Assembly: GCF_004353825.1 (NCBI RefSeq)
Contig: NZ_SMNA01000019.1
Location: 1 to 41,916, forward strand
Length of the DNA stretch: 41,916 nt
Direction of reading: 5' to 3'
Source of the DNA: Occultella glacieicola
GTDB lineage: Bacteria > Actinomycetota > Actinomycetes > Actinomycetales > Beutenbergiaceae
Each line of letters begins with the position of its first letter. Position 1 is the stretch's first letter. Below the pieces are notes generated by a model that was not told the DNA's origin, ran no database searches, and saw only the letters and a list, made by a program, of their open reading frames with translations. Shown piece by piece: positions 32,479-41,916 of the stretch. Made by a program: the position numbers and the translations under genes.

Positions 32479-33027
32479 ATGGAGGGCCTGTTCTCCACCG
32501 TCGGGAGTTTGTCGAGCGGGTATGACCGCGAGCAGGTCGACGAGTTCTTCGAGCGGGCCAAGACGGCCTACGAGGGCAGCGGCGACGAGACCCTGACCGC
32601 GGCGGACGTGCGGCAGGTGGCTTTCGACCTGGTCCGGCACGGGTACAGCCCGGCCGCGGTGGACGCCGCCCTGGACCGGCTCGAGGGCGCGTTCATCCAG
32701 CGCGACCGCTCCGACTTCATCGCCACCCACGGCCAGGAGGCCTGGATGGAGCAGGTGGCCGAGCGGGCCACCACGCTCTACCCCCGCCTCGTGCGTCCGG
32801 AGGGCGAGCGGTTCGCCCCGCCGGTACGGGGTCGCGGCTACGACGCTGATGCCGTGGACGACATCCTGGACCGGCTCGTGGACTACTTCGACTCCGGTGA
32901 GAGGCTCAGCGCCGCCGACCTCCGGCAGGCCACCTTCCCGTCCGCTCCGCGCGGCCGGGCATACGGTGAGGGTCCGGTGGACGCGTTCCTCGACCGCGCC
33001 GTGGACGTGCTGCTCGCGGTGGAGTGA
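32479..33027 (+). CDS. Tandem DivIVA-domain repeat protein
   Basis: Repeated GYDREQVDEF, GYSPAAVDAAL, GYDADAVDDIL and AYGEGPVDAFL units. Confidence 0.88.
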   Translation: MEGLFSTVGSLSSGYDREQVDEFFERAKTAYEGSGDETLTAADVRQVAFDLVRHGYSPAAVDAALDRLEGAFIQRDRSDFIATHGQEAWMEQVAERATTLYPRLVRPEGERFAPPVRGRGYDADAVDDILDRLVDYFDSGERLSAADLRQATFPSAPRGRAYGEGPVDAFLDRAVDVLLAVE

Positions 33028-33118
33028 CCCGCGGCTGGCTCGCTCTCAGAAACCCGACGTACCCTGAGTCGGCACTGCGCAGCCGGGACGGTCCCGGGCC
33101 CGGTGCACTGGGGTATCC

Positions 33119-34471
33119 ATGGACTTCTGGTTGGGCGTGCTCTTCGTCGCGGTCGGGCTGATCATCTCGATCGCGCTGCACGAGATCGGCCACATGGTGC
33201 CCGCCAAGCTCTTCGGGGTGAAGGTCTCCCAGTACTTCGTCGGGTTCGGCAAGACGCTGTGGTCCACCAAGCGCGGTGAGACCGAGTACGGCGTCAAGAT
33301 GCTGCCGCTCGGCGGCTACGTTCGGATGGTCGGGATGTTCCCGCCGTCCCGGGTGCAGGTCAGCGACGATGCCGCGGCCGAGGCGAGGCTGCGCCGTCGT
33401 GGTCTGCGCGGACTGATGGACTCGATGGCCGAGGACGCCCGCGCGGCCAGCGCCCAGGAGATCGGCGAGGAACTCCACGAGGGCGAGCGGCACCGGGTCT
33501 TCTACGAGCTCAGCACGCCGAAGAAGCTCGTGGTGATGTTCGGCGGGCCCGTGGTGAACCTGATCATCTCCACGGTGCTGTTCGCGATCATCCTCACCGC
33601 GTTCGGGACCGCGGTCGCCAGCAACCGGGTCAGCAGCGTCTCCGAGTGCATCGTGCCGGTCACCGAGCAGCGCGAGTGCACCGCCGCGGATCCTGAATCC
33701 CCGGCCGCCCTCGCCGGCCTCCAGACCGGTGACCGGATCGTGTCCTGGAACGGTGCGGAGGTCACGGAGTGGGCGGACATCTCCACGGCGATCGCCGACG
33801 GCGACACCGAGCCGGCGACCGTCGTCGTGGACCGTGACGGCGAGGAGGTCACCCTCACGGTGACGCCGGTCCTGGAGGACCGGCCGGTCGTGGCGGACGG
33901 GGCCGTGGTGACGGACGCCGACGGCGAACCCGTCCTCGAGCCGACGCCGTTCGTCGGGATCTCGGCTGCCTACGAACTCTCGCCGCAGCCGCTGTCCGCG
34001 GTGCCGGCGTTCGTCGGCTCGGTCTTCACCGGCACCGTCGACGTGGTGCTCTCCCTGCCGCAACGCCTGGTCGCGATCACCCAGGCCGTCTTCGGCACCG
34101 AGGAACGCGACCCCGGGGTGGTCGGCCTGATCGGCGTGGGCCGGTTCGCCGGCGAGATCGCCTCGATCGACTCCGCCGACTACGGGGCCACCGAGCGCAC
34201 CGCGGACCTGCTCTCCCTGGTGGCGTCGCTGAACATGGCGCTGTTCGTGTTCAACATGATCCCGCTGCTGCCGCTGGACGGCGGGCACATCGCCGGTGCC
34301 CTGTACGAGGGGGCCCGGCGCCGCCTCGCGCAGGCGTTCGGCCGCCCGGATCCGGGACACGTGGACACCGCGAAACTGATGCCCCTGACCTACCTGGTCA
34401 TCATCTTCCTCGGTGGCATGAGCCTGCTGCTGGCCTTCGCGGACATCGTCAAACCCGTCACCCTCGGCTGA
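33119..34471 (+). CDS. rip1: Site-2 (M50) zinc metalloprotease with PDZ domain, Rip1/RseP
   Basis: HEIGH, PLGGYVRM, PDZ AGLQTGDRIV and NMIPLLPLDGGH. Confidence 0.95.
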   Translation: MDFWLGVLFVAVGLIISIALHEIGHMVPAKLFGVKVSQYFVGFGKTLWSTKRGETEYGVKMLPLGGYVRMVGMFPPSRVQVSDDAAAEARLRRRGLRGLMDSMAEDARAASAQEIGEELHEGERHRVFYELSTPKKLVVMFGGPVVNLIISTVLFAIILTAFGTAVASNRVSSVSECIVPVTEQRECTAADPESPAALAGLQTGDRIVSWNGAEVTEWADISTAIADGDTEPATVVVDRDGEEVTLTVTPVLEDRPVVADGAVVTDADGEPVLEPTPFVGISAAYELSPQPLSAVPAFVGSVFTGTVDVVLSLPQRLVAITQAVFGTEERDPGVVGLIGVGRFAGEIASIDSADYGATERTADLLSLVASLNMALFVFNMIPLLPLDGGHIAGALYEGARRRLAQAFGRPDPGHVDTAKLMPLTYLVIIFLGGMSLLLAFADIVKPVTLG

Positions 34472-34499
34472 GCGGCCCGAGGTGAGGCACAATCGCAGC

Positions 34500-35378
34500 A
34501 TGCCCACGTGGCCCTGGCGCGGATCCCTGCAGACCCACCCCGATGTGGTGGTCCAGGATGCCCGCTCGGCCGACGTTGCCGAACTCATCGCGTTCGCCGA
34601 GGAGGACCCGGTCGACGCCGCACTGCTGGGTGAGCACGTGGAGGCGATGTCCTCCTACGGCTTCTACCGGGACCAGCTGCTGTGCATCCGGGAACCGGCC
34701 GGACTGACCGGCCTGTGCTGGACTGGGGGGAACCTGGTGCCGCTGCGCCTGTCCGACGCGGCGATCCCGGTCGTCGCCGACCACGTGCGCCGGCGCTCGC
34801 GGCGGTTCTCCTCGGTGGTCGGCCCGGCCCACGACGTGATGCGGCTGTGGGAGGCGATGCGGGGCTTCGCGCCCACGCCGCGGGACATCCGCCCGGACCA
34901 GCCGTCCATGATGATCGACGGCGACCCACTGGTGGCCCCCGACCCCGGGGTCTCGCTGACCTCCGCGGGTGACCTCGACCTGCTCCTGCCGGCGTGCGTG
35001 GCGATGTTCACCGAGGAGGTCGGCTACTCCCCGCTCACCGCCGGCGGCGGCTACGAGCGCCGGGTCCGCTCCTTGGTCCAGGGCGGCCGGTCGCTGTCCC
35101 GGATCGAGGACGGCCCCGAGGGCCGACGCGTGGTGTTCAAGGCCGAGCTCGGCACCGTGGCCCTCGGTGTCACCCAGGTGCAGGGCGTCTGGGTGCACCC
35201 GGACCTGCGCGGCCGGGGCCACGCCGCGGCCGGCATGGCCGCCGTGATCGCCTACGCCCGCGCCCAGGTCGCGCCGATCGTGTCGCTGTACGTGAACTCC
35301 TACAACACCGCCGCGCTCGCGGCCTACCGCAGGGTCGGCTTCCGTGAGGTCGGCACCTTCGCCACCATCCTGTTCTAG
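34500..35378 (+). CDS. GNAT acetyltransferase (DUF4081-associated type)
   Basis: MFTEEVG, VFKAELG, QGVWVHPDLRGRG and SLYVNSYN; usual neighbour of ispG and proS. Confidence 0.9.
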   Translation: MPTWPWRGSLQTHPDVVVQDARSADVAELIAFAEEDPVDAALLGEHVEAMSSYGFYRDQLLCIREPAGLTGLCWTGGNLVPLRLSDAAIPVVADHVRRRSRRFSSVVGPAHDVMRLWEAMRGFAPTPRDIRPDQPSMMIDGDPLVAPDPGVSLTSAGDLDLLLPACVAMFTEEVGYSPLTAGGGYERRVRSLVQGGRSLSRIEDGPEGRRVVFKAELGTVALGVTQVQGVWVHPDLRGRGHAAAGMAAVIAYARAQVAPIVSLYVNSYNTAALAAYRRVGFREVGTFATILF

Positions 35379-35466
35379 GGCAGGCAGGCCGCCGAGCCCC
35401 GTCGCCCATCCCGCCCCAACCCGGCCCCGCCGCAGCCCGGCCCGCCCCCATCCGAGCTAGCCCCAG

Positions 35467-35538
35467 CTGAGATAGCACCGGCGCCCCTGAGATCGGACCC
35501 GCCTGGATCCGATCTCAACCACGCGGGTGCTATCTCAG
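35467..35538. repeat. Nested inverted-repeat (REP/MITE-like) element
   Basis: CTGAGATAGCACC-n8-TGAGATCGGA-n10-TCCGATCTCA-n8-GGTGCTATCTCAG. Confidence 0.8.
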
Positions 35539-35594
35539 AGCTACGGGCACCCGACCGCGGGGGCGCGCCCACCCGTCACGGAGCGCGGCGAGGG

Positions 35595-36470
35595 TCACCG
35601 CAGCAGCTTCGACATCCGTCGGTCCGCCAGGACCTTGCCTCCGGTCTGGCAGGTCGCGCAGTACTGCAGGGCCGAGTCGGCGAAGGAGACCTCCCGGATC
35701 ACGTCGCCGCACACCCCGCACTCCTGCCCGGCGCGCCCGTGCACGCGCATCCCGGACCGCTTCGCATCCTTCAGCTCCGCGGCCGGCCGGCCCGAGGACG
35801 CCTCGATCGCGGGCCGGAGCACCGCCCCGACCGCCTCGTACAGCCTGGTCACGGCCTCGTCGTCGAGCGTGGAACTGATCGCGAACGGGCTCATCCGCGC
35901 CGCGTGCAGGATGTCGTCGCTGTAGGCGTTGCCGATCCCGGCGATCGTGCCCTGCTCGCGCAGCACCCCCTTGATCTGTTGCTTGCGCCCCGCGAGGATC
36001 GCCGCGAAGGCGTCCCGGGTGAACTCCGGCGAGAGCGGCTCGATGCCGAGGCTCGCGATCGCCGGCACCTCCTCGGGCGTGCCCACCACGTACACGGCCA
36101 GCCGCTTGCGGGTGCCGGCCTCGGTGAGGCTGAAGCCCGACCCGTCGTCGAGGTCCACGCGCAACGCCACCGGCGACTTCGGCGACCTCGACACGCCTCC
36201 CGGGAGTTTCTCGTGCCAGCGCAACCAACCCGCCCGGGCGAGGTGGAAGACCAGGTGGAGTTCGCCGTCGGGCACCGTGCCGACCTGCAGGTCGAGCCAC
36301 TTGCCCCGCCGGGCGACGCCGGCCACCGTGCCGCCGGCGAGTGCGTTCGGCGCGGGGGAGAACGTCTTCAGGGTCTGGATCCCGAGCACGTGCACGGCGG
36401 CAACCGTGCGCCCGACGGTGCGTTCGGTGAGGAAGTCGACGAGGCCCTGGACCTCCGGTAGTTCCGGCAT
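35595..36470 (-). CDS. Fpg/Nei family DNA glycosylase/AP lyase
   Basis: N-terminal PELPEV, RRGKWL, H2[10 protein letters not shown] and C4 zinc finger CGVC...CATCQ. Confidence 0.95.
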   Translation of the reverse strand: MPELPEVQGLVDFLTERTVGRTVAAVHVLGIQTLKTFSPAPNALAGGTVAGVARRGKWLDLQVGTVPDGELHLVFHLARAGWLRWHEKLPGGVSRSPKSPVALRVDLDDGSGFSLTEAGTRKRLAVYVVGTPEEVPAIASLGIEPLSPEFTRDAFAAILAGRKQQIKGVLREQGTIAGIGNAYSDDILHAARMSPFAISSTLDDEAVTRLYEAVGAVLRPAIEASSGRPAAELKDAKRSGMRVHGRAGQECGVCGDVIREVSFADSALQYCATCQTGGKVLADRRMSKLLR

Positions 36471-36525
36471 CCCCCCAGTCTGGCAAGGGAATTCCGCTGG
36501 TGCCAGGGAAGATAGACTCGCCCGC

Positions 36526-38334
36526 GTGCTGATGCGGATGTCGAAACTGTTCCTGCGGACCCTGCGTGAGGATCCGGCCGACGCCGAGGTCGCGAGCCAC
36601 CGCCTCCTGGTGCGCGCCGGCTACATCCGGCGGGCCGCTCCCGGGATCTACTCCTGGCTGCCGCTGGGCCTGAAGGTGCTCGCCAAGGTCGAGGCCGTGG
36701 TGCGCGAGGAGATGGACGCGATCGGCGCCCAGGAGGTGCACTTCCCGGCGTTGCTGCCGCGCGAGCCCTACGAGGCCACCGGCCGCTGGACCGAGTACGG
36801 CCCGAGCCTGTTCCGGCTGGCCGACCGCAAGGAGGCCGACTACCTGCTCGCGCCCACGCACGAGGAGATGTTCACGCTCCTGGTCAAGGACCTGTACTCC
36901 TCCTACAAGGACCTGCCGCTCGCGCTCTACCAGATCCAGACCAAGTACCGCGACGAGGCCCGCCCCCGCGCCGGGCTGATCCGCGGACGCGAGTTCATCA
37001 TGAAGGACGCCTACTCGTTCGACATCGACGAGGCGGGGCTGGCTGCCTCCTACGACGCCCAGCGCGGCGCCTACGAGCGGATCTTCACCCGACTCGGCCT
37101 GGACTACGTGATCGTCTCGGCGATGTCCGGGGCCATGGGTGGGTCCCGCTCCGAGGAGTTCCTGTTCCCGTGTGAGATCGGAGAGGACACCTTCGTCCGC
37201 TCGCCCGGCGGGTACGCGGCGAACGTCGAGGCGGTGCACACGCCGTCGCCGGAGCCGGTCGAGGCGAGCCTGATCGCCGGCCTGCCCGCGGCCGAGGTCG
37301 CGGATACCCCGGACACCCCGACCATCGAGTCGCTCGTCGAGGTGGCGAACGCCACGCGACCGAAGCCCGACGGCGGCGCCTGGACGGGCGCGGACACGCT
37401 GAAGAACGTCGTGGTCACCCTGGTGTCGCCGACCGGCGTCCGGAGCCTGCTCGTGATCGGGCTGCCGGGGGACCGGCAGGTCGACGCCAAGCGTCTCGAG
37501 GCCGCGGTGTTCCCGGCCGAGGTCGAGCCGGCCGGCGAGGCCGACCTGGCCGCCCACCCCGAGCTGGTCGCCGGATACATCGGCCCCGGGGTGCTCGGGC
37601 CGAACGGTGCGCCCCGTGACGACACCGACGGTGCCAGAGGTGCGGTGCGGTACCTGCTCGACCCCCGGGTCGTGGACGGCACGTCCTGGATCACCGGGGC
37701 GAACGAGGCCGGCAAGCACGTGTTCGGACTCGTCGCCGGGCGCGACTTCACGGCGGACGGCGTCATCGACGTGGCCGAGGTGCGCGAGGGGGACCCGGCG
37801 CCGGACGGCTCCGGGCCGCTCGAACTCGCCCGTGGCATCGAGATCGGCCATATCTTCGCCCTCGGGCAGAAGTTCGCGAAGGCGCTCGACCTGAAGGTGC
37901 TCGACTCGGGCGGCAAGGCCGTCACGGTCACGATGGGCTCCTACGGCATCGGGGTCAGCCGGGTGCTCGCGGCGATCGCCGAGAACACCTGCGACGACAA
38001 GGGCCTCTCCTGGCCGGTCGGAGTCGCGCCCGCCCACGTGCACGTGCTCGCCACCGGCAAGGACGAGGCCGTCTTCACGACGGCGCAGGGCCTGGCCGAC
38101 GAACTCGTCGCGGCAGGCATCGAGGTGCTCTACGACGACCGGGTCAAGGTGTCCGCGGGTGTGAAGTTCGCCGACTCCGAACTGCTCGGGCTGCCGTTCG
38201 CGCTCGTGGTCGGCCGGGGGCTCGCCGACGGGGTCGTGGAGGTCCGCACCCGCGCAACCGGGGAGCGGGAGGAGCTCGCTCCGGAGGTGGCCGTGGCCCG
38301 CCTGCGCGACCTGTTGGCGTCGGCGTCAGCCTAG
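36526..38334 (+). CDS. proS: Proline--tRNA ligase with editing insertion
   Basis: [28 protein letters not shown] editing motif, GIEIGHIF and MGSYGIG; TAGACT 7 nt before the GTG. Confidence 0.98.
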   Translation: MLMRMSKLFLRTLREDPADAEVASHRLLVRAGYIRRAAPGIYSWLPLGLKVLAKVEAVVREEMDAIGAQEVHFPALLPREPYEATGRWTEYGPSLFRLADRKEADYLLAPTHEEMFTLLVKDLYSSYKDLPLALYQIQTKYRDEARPRAGLIRGREFIMKDAYSFDIDEAGLAASYDAQRGAYERIFTRLGLDYVIVSAMSGAMGGSRSEEFLFPCEIGEDTFVRSPGGYAANVEAVHTPSPEPVEASLIAGLPAAEVADTPDTPTIESLVEVANATRPKPDGGAWTGADTLKNVVVTLVSPTGVRSLLVIGLPGDRQVDAKRLEAAVFPAEVEPAGEADLAAHPELVAGYIGPGVLGPNGAPRDDTDGARGAVRYLLDPRVVDGTSWITGANEAGKHVFGLVAGRDFTADGVIDVAEVREGDPAPDGSGPLELARGIEIGHIFALGQKFAKALDLKVLDSGGKAVTVTMGSYGIGVSRVLAAIAENTCDDKGLSWPVGVAPAHVHVLATGKDEAVFTTAQGLADELVAAGIEVLYDDRVKVSAGVKFADSELLGLPFALVVGRGLADGVVEVRTRATGEREELAPEVAVARLRDLLASASA

Positions 38335-39330
38335 GCCGGGGTACGTCGCCACGCGGGCATCCGGGTCCTGGCCGAGGAACGCGGCCTGCGTGGCGAGCGC
38401 GATGAGCGGGGCTCGGACCGCAGGGTCGGCGTCCGGCACAGCGGTGAGCCAGCCGGGCAGGAGTTCGGCGATCAGGCCGGTGCGGGTGGCCTGCAGGTCC
38501 TCGAGGTCGACGGCGTAGGCCGCCGCGCGCGGATCGGCATCGGTGCCGTCGACGCCGGTCGCGACCGCCACGTCCTCGGCCATCTCCCGCAGCGTGATCG
38601 CCGCCGCCGCGGCGCCGGTGCGCGCCGTCCCCTCGGCACGGGCGGCGATGATCTCCTGCGTGTAGCCGAGCGCGTCGAGGGTCCGCCCCACCGGCGCGGC
38701 GGACGCCGGGAGCGAGGCCGGAATGCCGAGGTCGGCGGCCGCCGGGTCGGCTGAGCCGTCGGCGCCGGTGGGCAGGCCGAGGTCGGTGCGAAGTTCAGCC
38801 GCCCACAGGGCCCGGTTGATCGAGATCGAGGCGAGCAGGGTCGCCAGGTCCGCGTCGGCGGCCGGGTCCGCGGCCCGGGCGTCGGCCGAGCTCGACTCGA
38901 GCGCGGCGAGCACGTCCTCGGCGGTGGCCGGGTCCGACGGCGTGGGGTCGCCACCGGTGGGCTCGTCACCGGGTTCGTCACTGGGCTCGGGCTGGTCGTC
39001 GGTGGTCGCGGTGGGGCGTGGCGGAGGCGTCCAGACGCCGCCGAGGTCATCGAGATGGGTGGCGGCGTCGGCGGCGATGTGCGCGAGATCACTCGCCAGG
39101 TCACCGGCGGCCCCGTCCGGCCCGGCATCGGCCCCGGCGGACTCGGCGAGCGCCTGGAGGTCGGCCGCCTCGAGCGCGGCCCCCTGCCGCAGGATCTCGC
39201 CGGGTCCGGGGCTCGGCACCTGCGGAGGCGGGTCGTCCAGGCGCACACCGCACCCGCTCAGGAGCACCGCAGCGGCCACCAGCACGACGCCGAGGCGGCG
39301 GCCCGCGGAACGGCGCATGCGTGGACTCAC
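38326..39330 (-). CDS. Putative lipoprotein (DUF4439/ferritin-like type)
   Basis: Arg-rich signal with LLSGC lipobox, helical body and C-terminal YPGL; usual position between proS and rimP. Confidence 0.7.
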   Translation of the reverse strand: MSPRMRRSAGRRLGVVLVAAAVLLSGCGVRLDDPPPQVPSPGPGEILRQGAALEAADLQALAESAGADAGPDGAAGDLASDLAHIAADAATHLDDLGGVWTPPPRPTATTDDQPEPSDEPGDEPTGGDPTPSDPATAEDVLAALESSSADARAADPAADADLATLLASISINRALWAAELRTDLGLPTGADGSADPAAADLGIPASLPASAAPVGRTLDALGYTQEIIAARAEGTARTGAAAAAITLREMAEDVAVATGVDGTDADPRAAAYAVDLEDLQATRTGLIAELLPGWLTAVPDADPAVRAPLIALATQAAFLGQDPDARVATYPGLG

Positions 39331-39460
39331 GCGTTGATCCTGCCACGGCGCACACCTACGCTGGGGTGTTCGCGCTGGGCCGCGCGCCGCCGCACCAGGG
39401 CGGGCATGATTGGTCCAGACACCCTCACTGAGACAGTGACAACTTCACAAGGAGACTCCG

Positions 39461-39967
39461 ATGAGCCGATCGCAGGGCCCTGGCGCCGACGTGGGCGCCC
39501 TGTTGTTCGAGGCACTCGAGCCGGTCGTCGCCGGCGGCGGGCTGTTCCTCGAGGACGTGTCCGTGGTCGGCTCGTCCGCGCGCCGCGTGGTCCAGGTGAC
39601 CGTCGACCTGGCCGACGGTCCGGGTGGGGTCGGCTCCGACCTCCTCGCCGACGTGTCCCGAGCCGTGTCGGCCCGCCTGGACGAGGTCGAGGACCTCATC
39701 GACGGCACCTATCTGCTCGAGGTCTCCACCCCGGGCGTGTCCCGGCCCCTCACCGAGCCCCGGCACTTCCGCCGCGCCGTGGGCCGGCTGGTGACGCTCA
39801 CCACCTCCGGGGGCACCCTCGCCGGCCGGATCCGCGCGGTCGAGGCCGATGGCATCGTGCTGGAACCCGGCGAGGACCGCCCCGAGGCCGTCACCGTCCC
39901 CCTGACCGACGTGGTCCGAGGCACGGTCGAGGTCGACTTCCGCCGCGTCGACGACGCGCAGGACTGA
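39461..39967 (+). CDS. rimP: Ribosome maturation factor RimP
   Basis: [25 protein letters not shown]. Confidence 0.96.
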   Translation: MSRSQGPGADVGALLFEALEPVVAGGGLFLEDVSVVGSSARRVVQVTVDLADGPGGVGSDLLADVSRAVSARLDEVEDLIDGTYLLEVSTPGVSRPLTEPRHFRRAVGRLVTLTTSGGTLAGRIRAVEADGIVLEPGEDRPEAVTVPLTDVVRGTVEVDFRRVDDAQD

Positions 39968-39990
39968 CCGGGACTGAGAGGAGCACAGAC

Positions 39991-41016
39991 ATGGACATCG
40001 ACATGAACACCCTGCGTCTGATCGAACGAGAACGGGACATCCCGTTGGACGTCCTCGTCTCCGCCATCGAGCAGGCGCTGCTCTCCGCCTACCACCGGAC
40101 CGACGGTGCCGCCGAGAGCGCCCGGGTGGAACTGGACCGTACCAGCGGGCACGTCACCGTCTACGCGCGCGAACGACTGGAGGACGGTGAGCCCGGCGAG
40201 CCTGGTGAGCGGGGCCCGGAGTACGACGACACCCCGGCCGATTTCGGCCGGATCGCCACCTCGACCGCCCGCCAGGTGATCCTGCAGCGGCTGCGGGACG
40301 CCGAGGACGACGCGGTGCTGGGCACGTTCCGCGGCAAGGAGGGCGACGTGGTCGCCGGGGTGATCCAGCAGGGCTCCAACCCGAAGGTGGTCCTGGTGGA
40401 CATCGGCGGCATCGAGGCGGTGCTGCCGGCCCACGAGCAGGTGCCCACCGAGACCTACACGCACGGTGAGCGTCTGCGCGCCTATGTGCTCGAGGTGAGT
40501 CGCGGTCCGAAGGGCCCGTCGATCACGATCTCGCGAACCCACCCGAACCTGGTCCGGCGCCTGTTCGCACTCGAGGTGCCCGAGGTGGCCGACGGCAGCG
40601 TCGAGATCGCCGCGTTGGCCCGCGAGGCCGGTCACCGCACCAAGATGGCCGTGCACTCCACGGTCGCCGGGCTCGGCGCCAAGGGCGCCTGCATCGGGCC
40701 GATGGGGCAGCGGGTCCGGGCCGTCATGGCGGAACTGCACGGCGAGAAGATCGACATCGTGGACTACAGCGACGACCCGGCCACGTTCGTGGCCTCGGCC
40801 CTGTCGCCCGCCCGGGTCAGCAGCGTGGAGATCGTCGACGCGGCGTCCCGCTCGGCCCGCGTCGTGGTCCCCGATTACCAGCTCTCCCTGGCGATCGGCA
40901 AGGAGGGGCAGAACGCGCGCCTCGCCGCCCGGCTGACCGGGTGGCGCATCGACATCCGGCCCGACACCCCGGCGCCGGGCGACGTGGCCGCGGGGTCCGC
41001 GGGCGAGCAGGAGTAG
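39991..41016 (+). CDS. nusA: Transcription termination factor NusA
   Basis: FGRIA, S1 domain, [16 protein letters not shown] and [28 protein letters not shown]. Confidence 0.98.
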   Translation: MDIDMNTLRLIERERDIPLDVLVSAIEQALLSAYHRTDGAAESARVELDRTSGHVTVYARERLEDGEPGEPGERGPEYDDTPADFGRIATSTARQVILQRLRDAEDDAVLGTFRGKEGDVVAGVIQQGSNPKVVLVDIGGIEAVLPAHEQVPTETYTHGERLRAYVLEVSRGPKGPSITISRTHPNLVRRLFALEVPEVADGSVEIAALAREAGHRTKMAVHSTVAGLGAKGACIGPMGQRVRAVMAELHGEKIDIVDYSDDPATFVASALSPARVSSVEIVDAASRSARVVVPDYQLSLAIGKEGQNARLAARLTGWRIDIRPDTPAPGDVAAGSAGEQE

Positions 41017-41119
41017 TACACTCTTCCGTGGGCCTCCGCGCCCGATCCTCCCACCTGCTTCACGCACGCCGTTCAGGTGTGCCGGTTTCCGGCCACCCGA
41101 GAGCTGAGAGGTCATTGCG

Positions 41120-41485
41120 ATGACTGACAGCAGCCGACAGTCTCCGACCGTCGGACCGGTACGCACCTGCGTGGGATGTCGAGAGCGGGGTCCACGGTCC
41201 GGCCTGGTACGCCTGGTGGCAGATCGGACGGTCGCGGCTCACGCCGTGGTCGTCGATGTGACCGCGAGCGCACCCGGACGGGGAGCCTGGGTGCATGCGC
41301 ATCCGGACTGCCTGGACCGCGCCGTCAGCCGCCGAGCGATCGGACGCGCGCTTCGAATCGAGGCGCCCGCCGAGGTCTCGCGGGTGCAGGAGTGGTTCGC
41401 CCGGAACGTCCGCACGACACCGTCGATCATCGAACAAGAGAGCGGGTCAGAAGCCGATGGGCACCCGATGAGTACCCAGCGATGA
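41120..41485 (+). CDS. ylxR: YlxR (DUF448/RnpM) family RNA-binding protein
   Basis: PVRTCVGCR and PGRGAWVH..CL; located between nusA and infB. Confidence 0.9.
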   Translation: MTDSSRQSPTVGPVRTCVGCRERGPRSGLVRLVADRTVAAHAVVVDVTASAPGRGAWVHAHPDCLDRAVSRRAIGRALRIEAPAEVSRVQEWFARNVRTTPSIIEQESGSEADGHPMSTQR

Positions 41486-41536
41486 GTCAGCAGCACTAAC
41501 GACGGTCCGTCCCTGTCTTGGGCGGGCCGAGACAGG
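41457..41536 (+). promoter_or_regulatory. infB leader: three ATGA-coupled mini-ORFs plus an RBS-occluding hairpin
   Basis: MGTR* (41457-41471), MSTQR* (41468-41485) and MSQQH* (41482-41499); stem CCTGTCTTGG/CCGAGACAGG at 41512-41536. Confidence 0.55.
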
Positions 41537-41542
41537 AGAGTT

Positions 41543-41916
41543 GTGGCAAAGGTCCGCGTCCACGAGTTAGCGAAAGAGCTCGGCGTCGACAGCAAGACAG
41601 TGATGGCGAAGCTGAACGAACTCGGCGAGTTCGTGAAGTCCGCCTCCTCCACCATCGAGCCGCCCGTCCAGCGGCGGCTCCGGGAGGCCTTCCCGGCCGC
41701 GGAGGCCGTCCAGGCCGCCCCGGCGAAGAAGGCCGCACCCAGCAAGCCTGCGCCGCGCACGCAGGCCACGACCGAGCCTGCACTCGAGCAGGCCCCGGCA
41801 GCCGCGGCAGCCCCGGCGGAGCCGGTTGCGCCCGCGCCGGCTCCGGTTGCGCCCGCTGCCGAGGCGACCCCGCAGCCTGCTCCGCAGGCCGCGGCCAAGG
41901 CCCCGGCGCCCGGCCC
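41543..41916 (+). CDS. infB: Translation initiation factor IF-2, N-terminal part (runs off the window)
   Basis: GTG start after AGGAGAG; reads [18 protein letters not shown]...[12 protein letters not shown]. Confidence 0.97.
   Translation, partial: MAKVRVHELAKELGVDSKTVMAKLNELGEFVKSASSTIEPPVQRRLREAFPAAEAVQAAPAKKAAPSKPAPRTQATTEPALEQAPAAAAAPAEPVAPAPAPVAPAAEATPQPAPQAAAKAPAPG

Noticed and set aside
35929..36525. Apparent 199-aa N-terminal extension of ProRS (similar extensions on rpsP, rimM, nusA, amidohydrolase and the second ABC ATPase)
   Set aside because: ORF-caller artefacts overlapping neighbouring genes; downstream starts match family N-termini and promoter or RBS signals
35530..38043. 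Very long antisense or alternate-frame ORFs (e.g. 837 aa here, 793 aa at 21035-23416, 710 aa at 14586-16718)
   Set aside because: Shadow ORFs expected in high-GC DNA opposite well-supported genes; they show no recognisable motifs

Overview
High-GC actinobacterial chromosome segment; gene content and order suggest Micrococcales (inference). It is mostly the conserved core block smc-ftsY-amtB-glnK-glnD-ffh ... rpsP-khpA-rimM-trmD-rplS-lepB-rnhB-DUF2469-yraN-comM-dprA-xerC-M23-rpsB-tsf-pyrH-frr-cdsA-rlmN-DivIVA-like-rip1-GNAT-proS-rimP-nusA-ylxR-infB. Accessory genes are an amidohydrolase, DUF72, a YtrA/GntR operon with two ABC exporters, a SAM methyltransferase, an AztD-like lipoprotein with a Zur-like box, and an Fpg/Nei glycosylase. 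I saw no rRNA, tRNA, CRISPR array, prophage or transposase. Most notable: (1) three ATGA-coupled 4-5-codon mini-ORFs followed by an RBS-masking hairpin directly upstream of infB, a candidate initiation-sensing control; (2) a TrmD-GNAT fusion; (3) absence of dxr and ispG from their usual positions around rip1; (4) a nested 72-bp palindromic element; (5) an RBS-sequestering hairpin and GlnR-like boxes at amtB; (6) a GlnD without ACT domains. All calls come from motif recognition and synteny; no searches were run.
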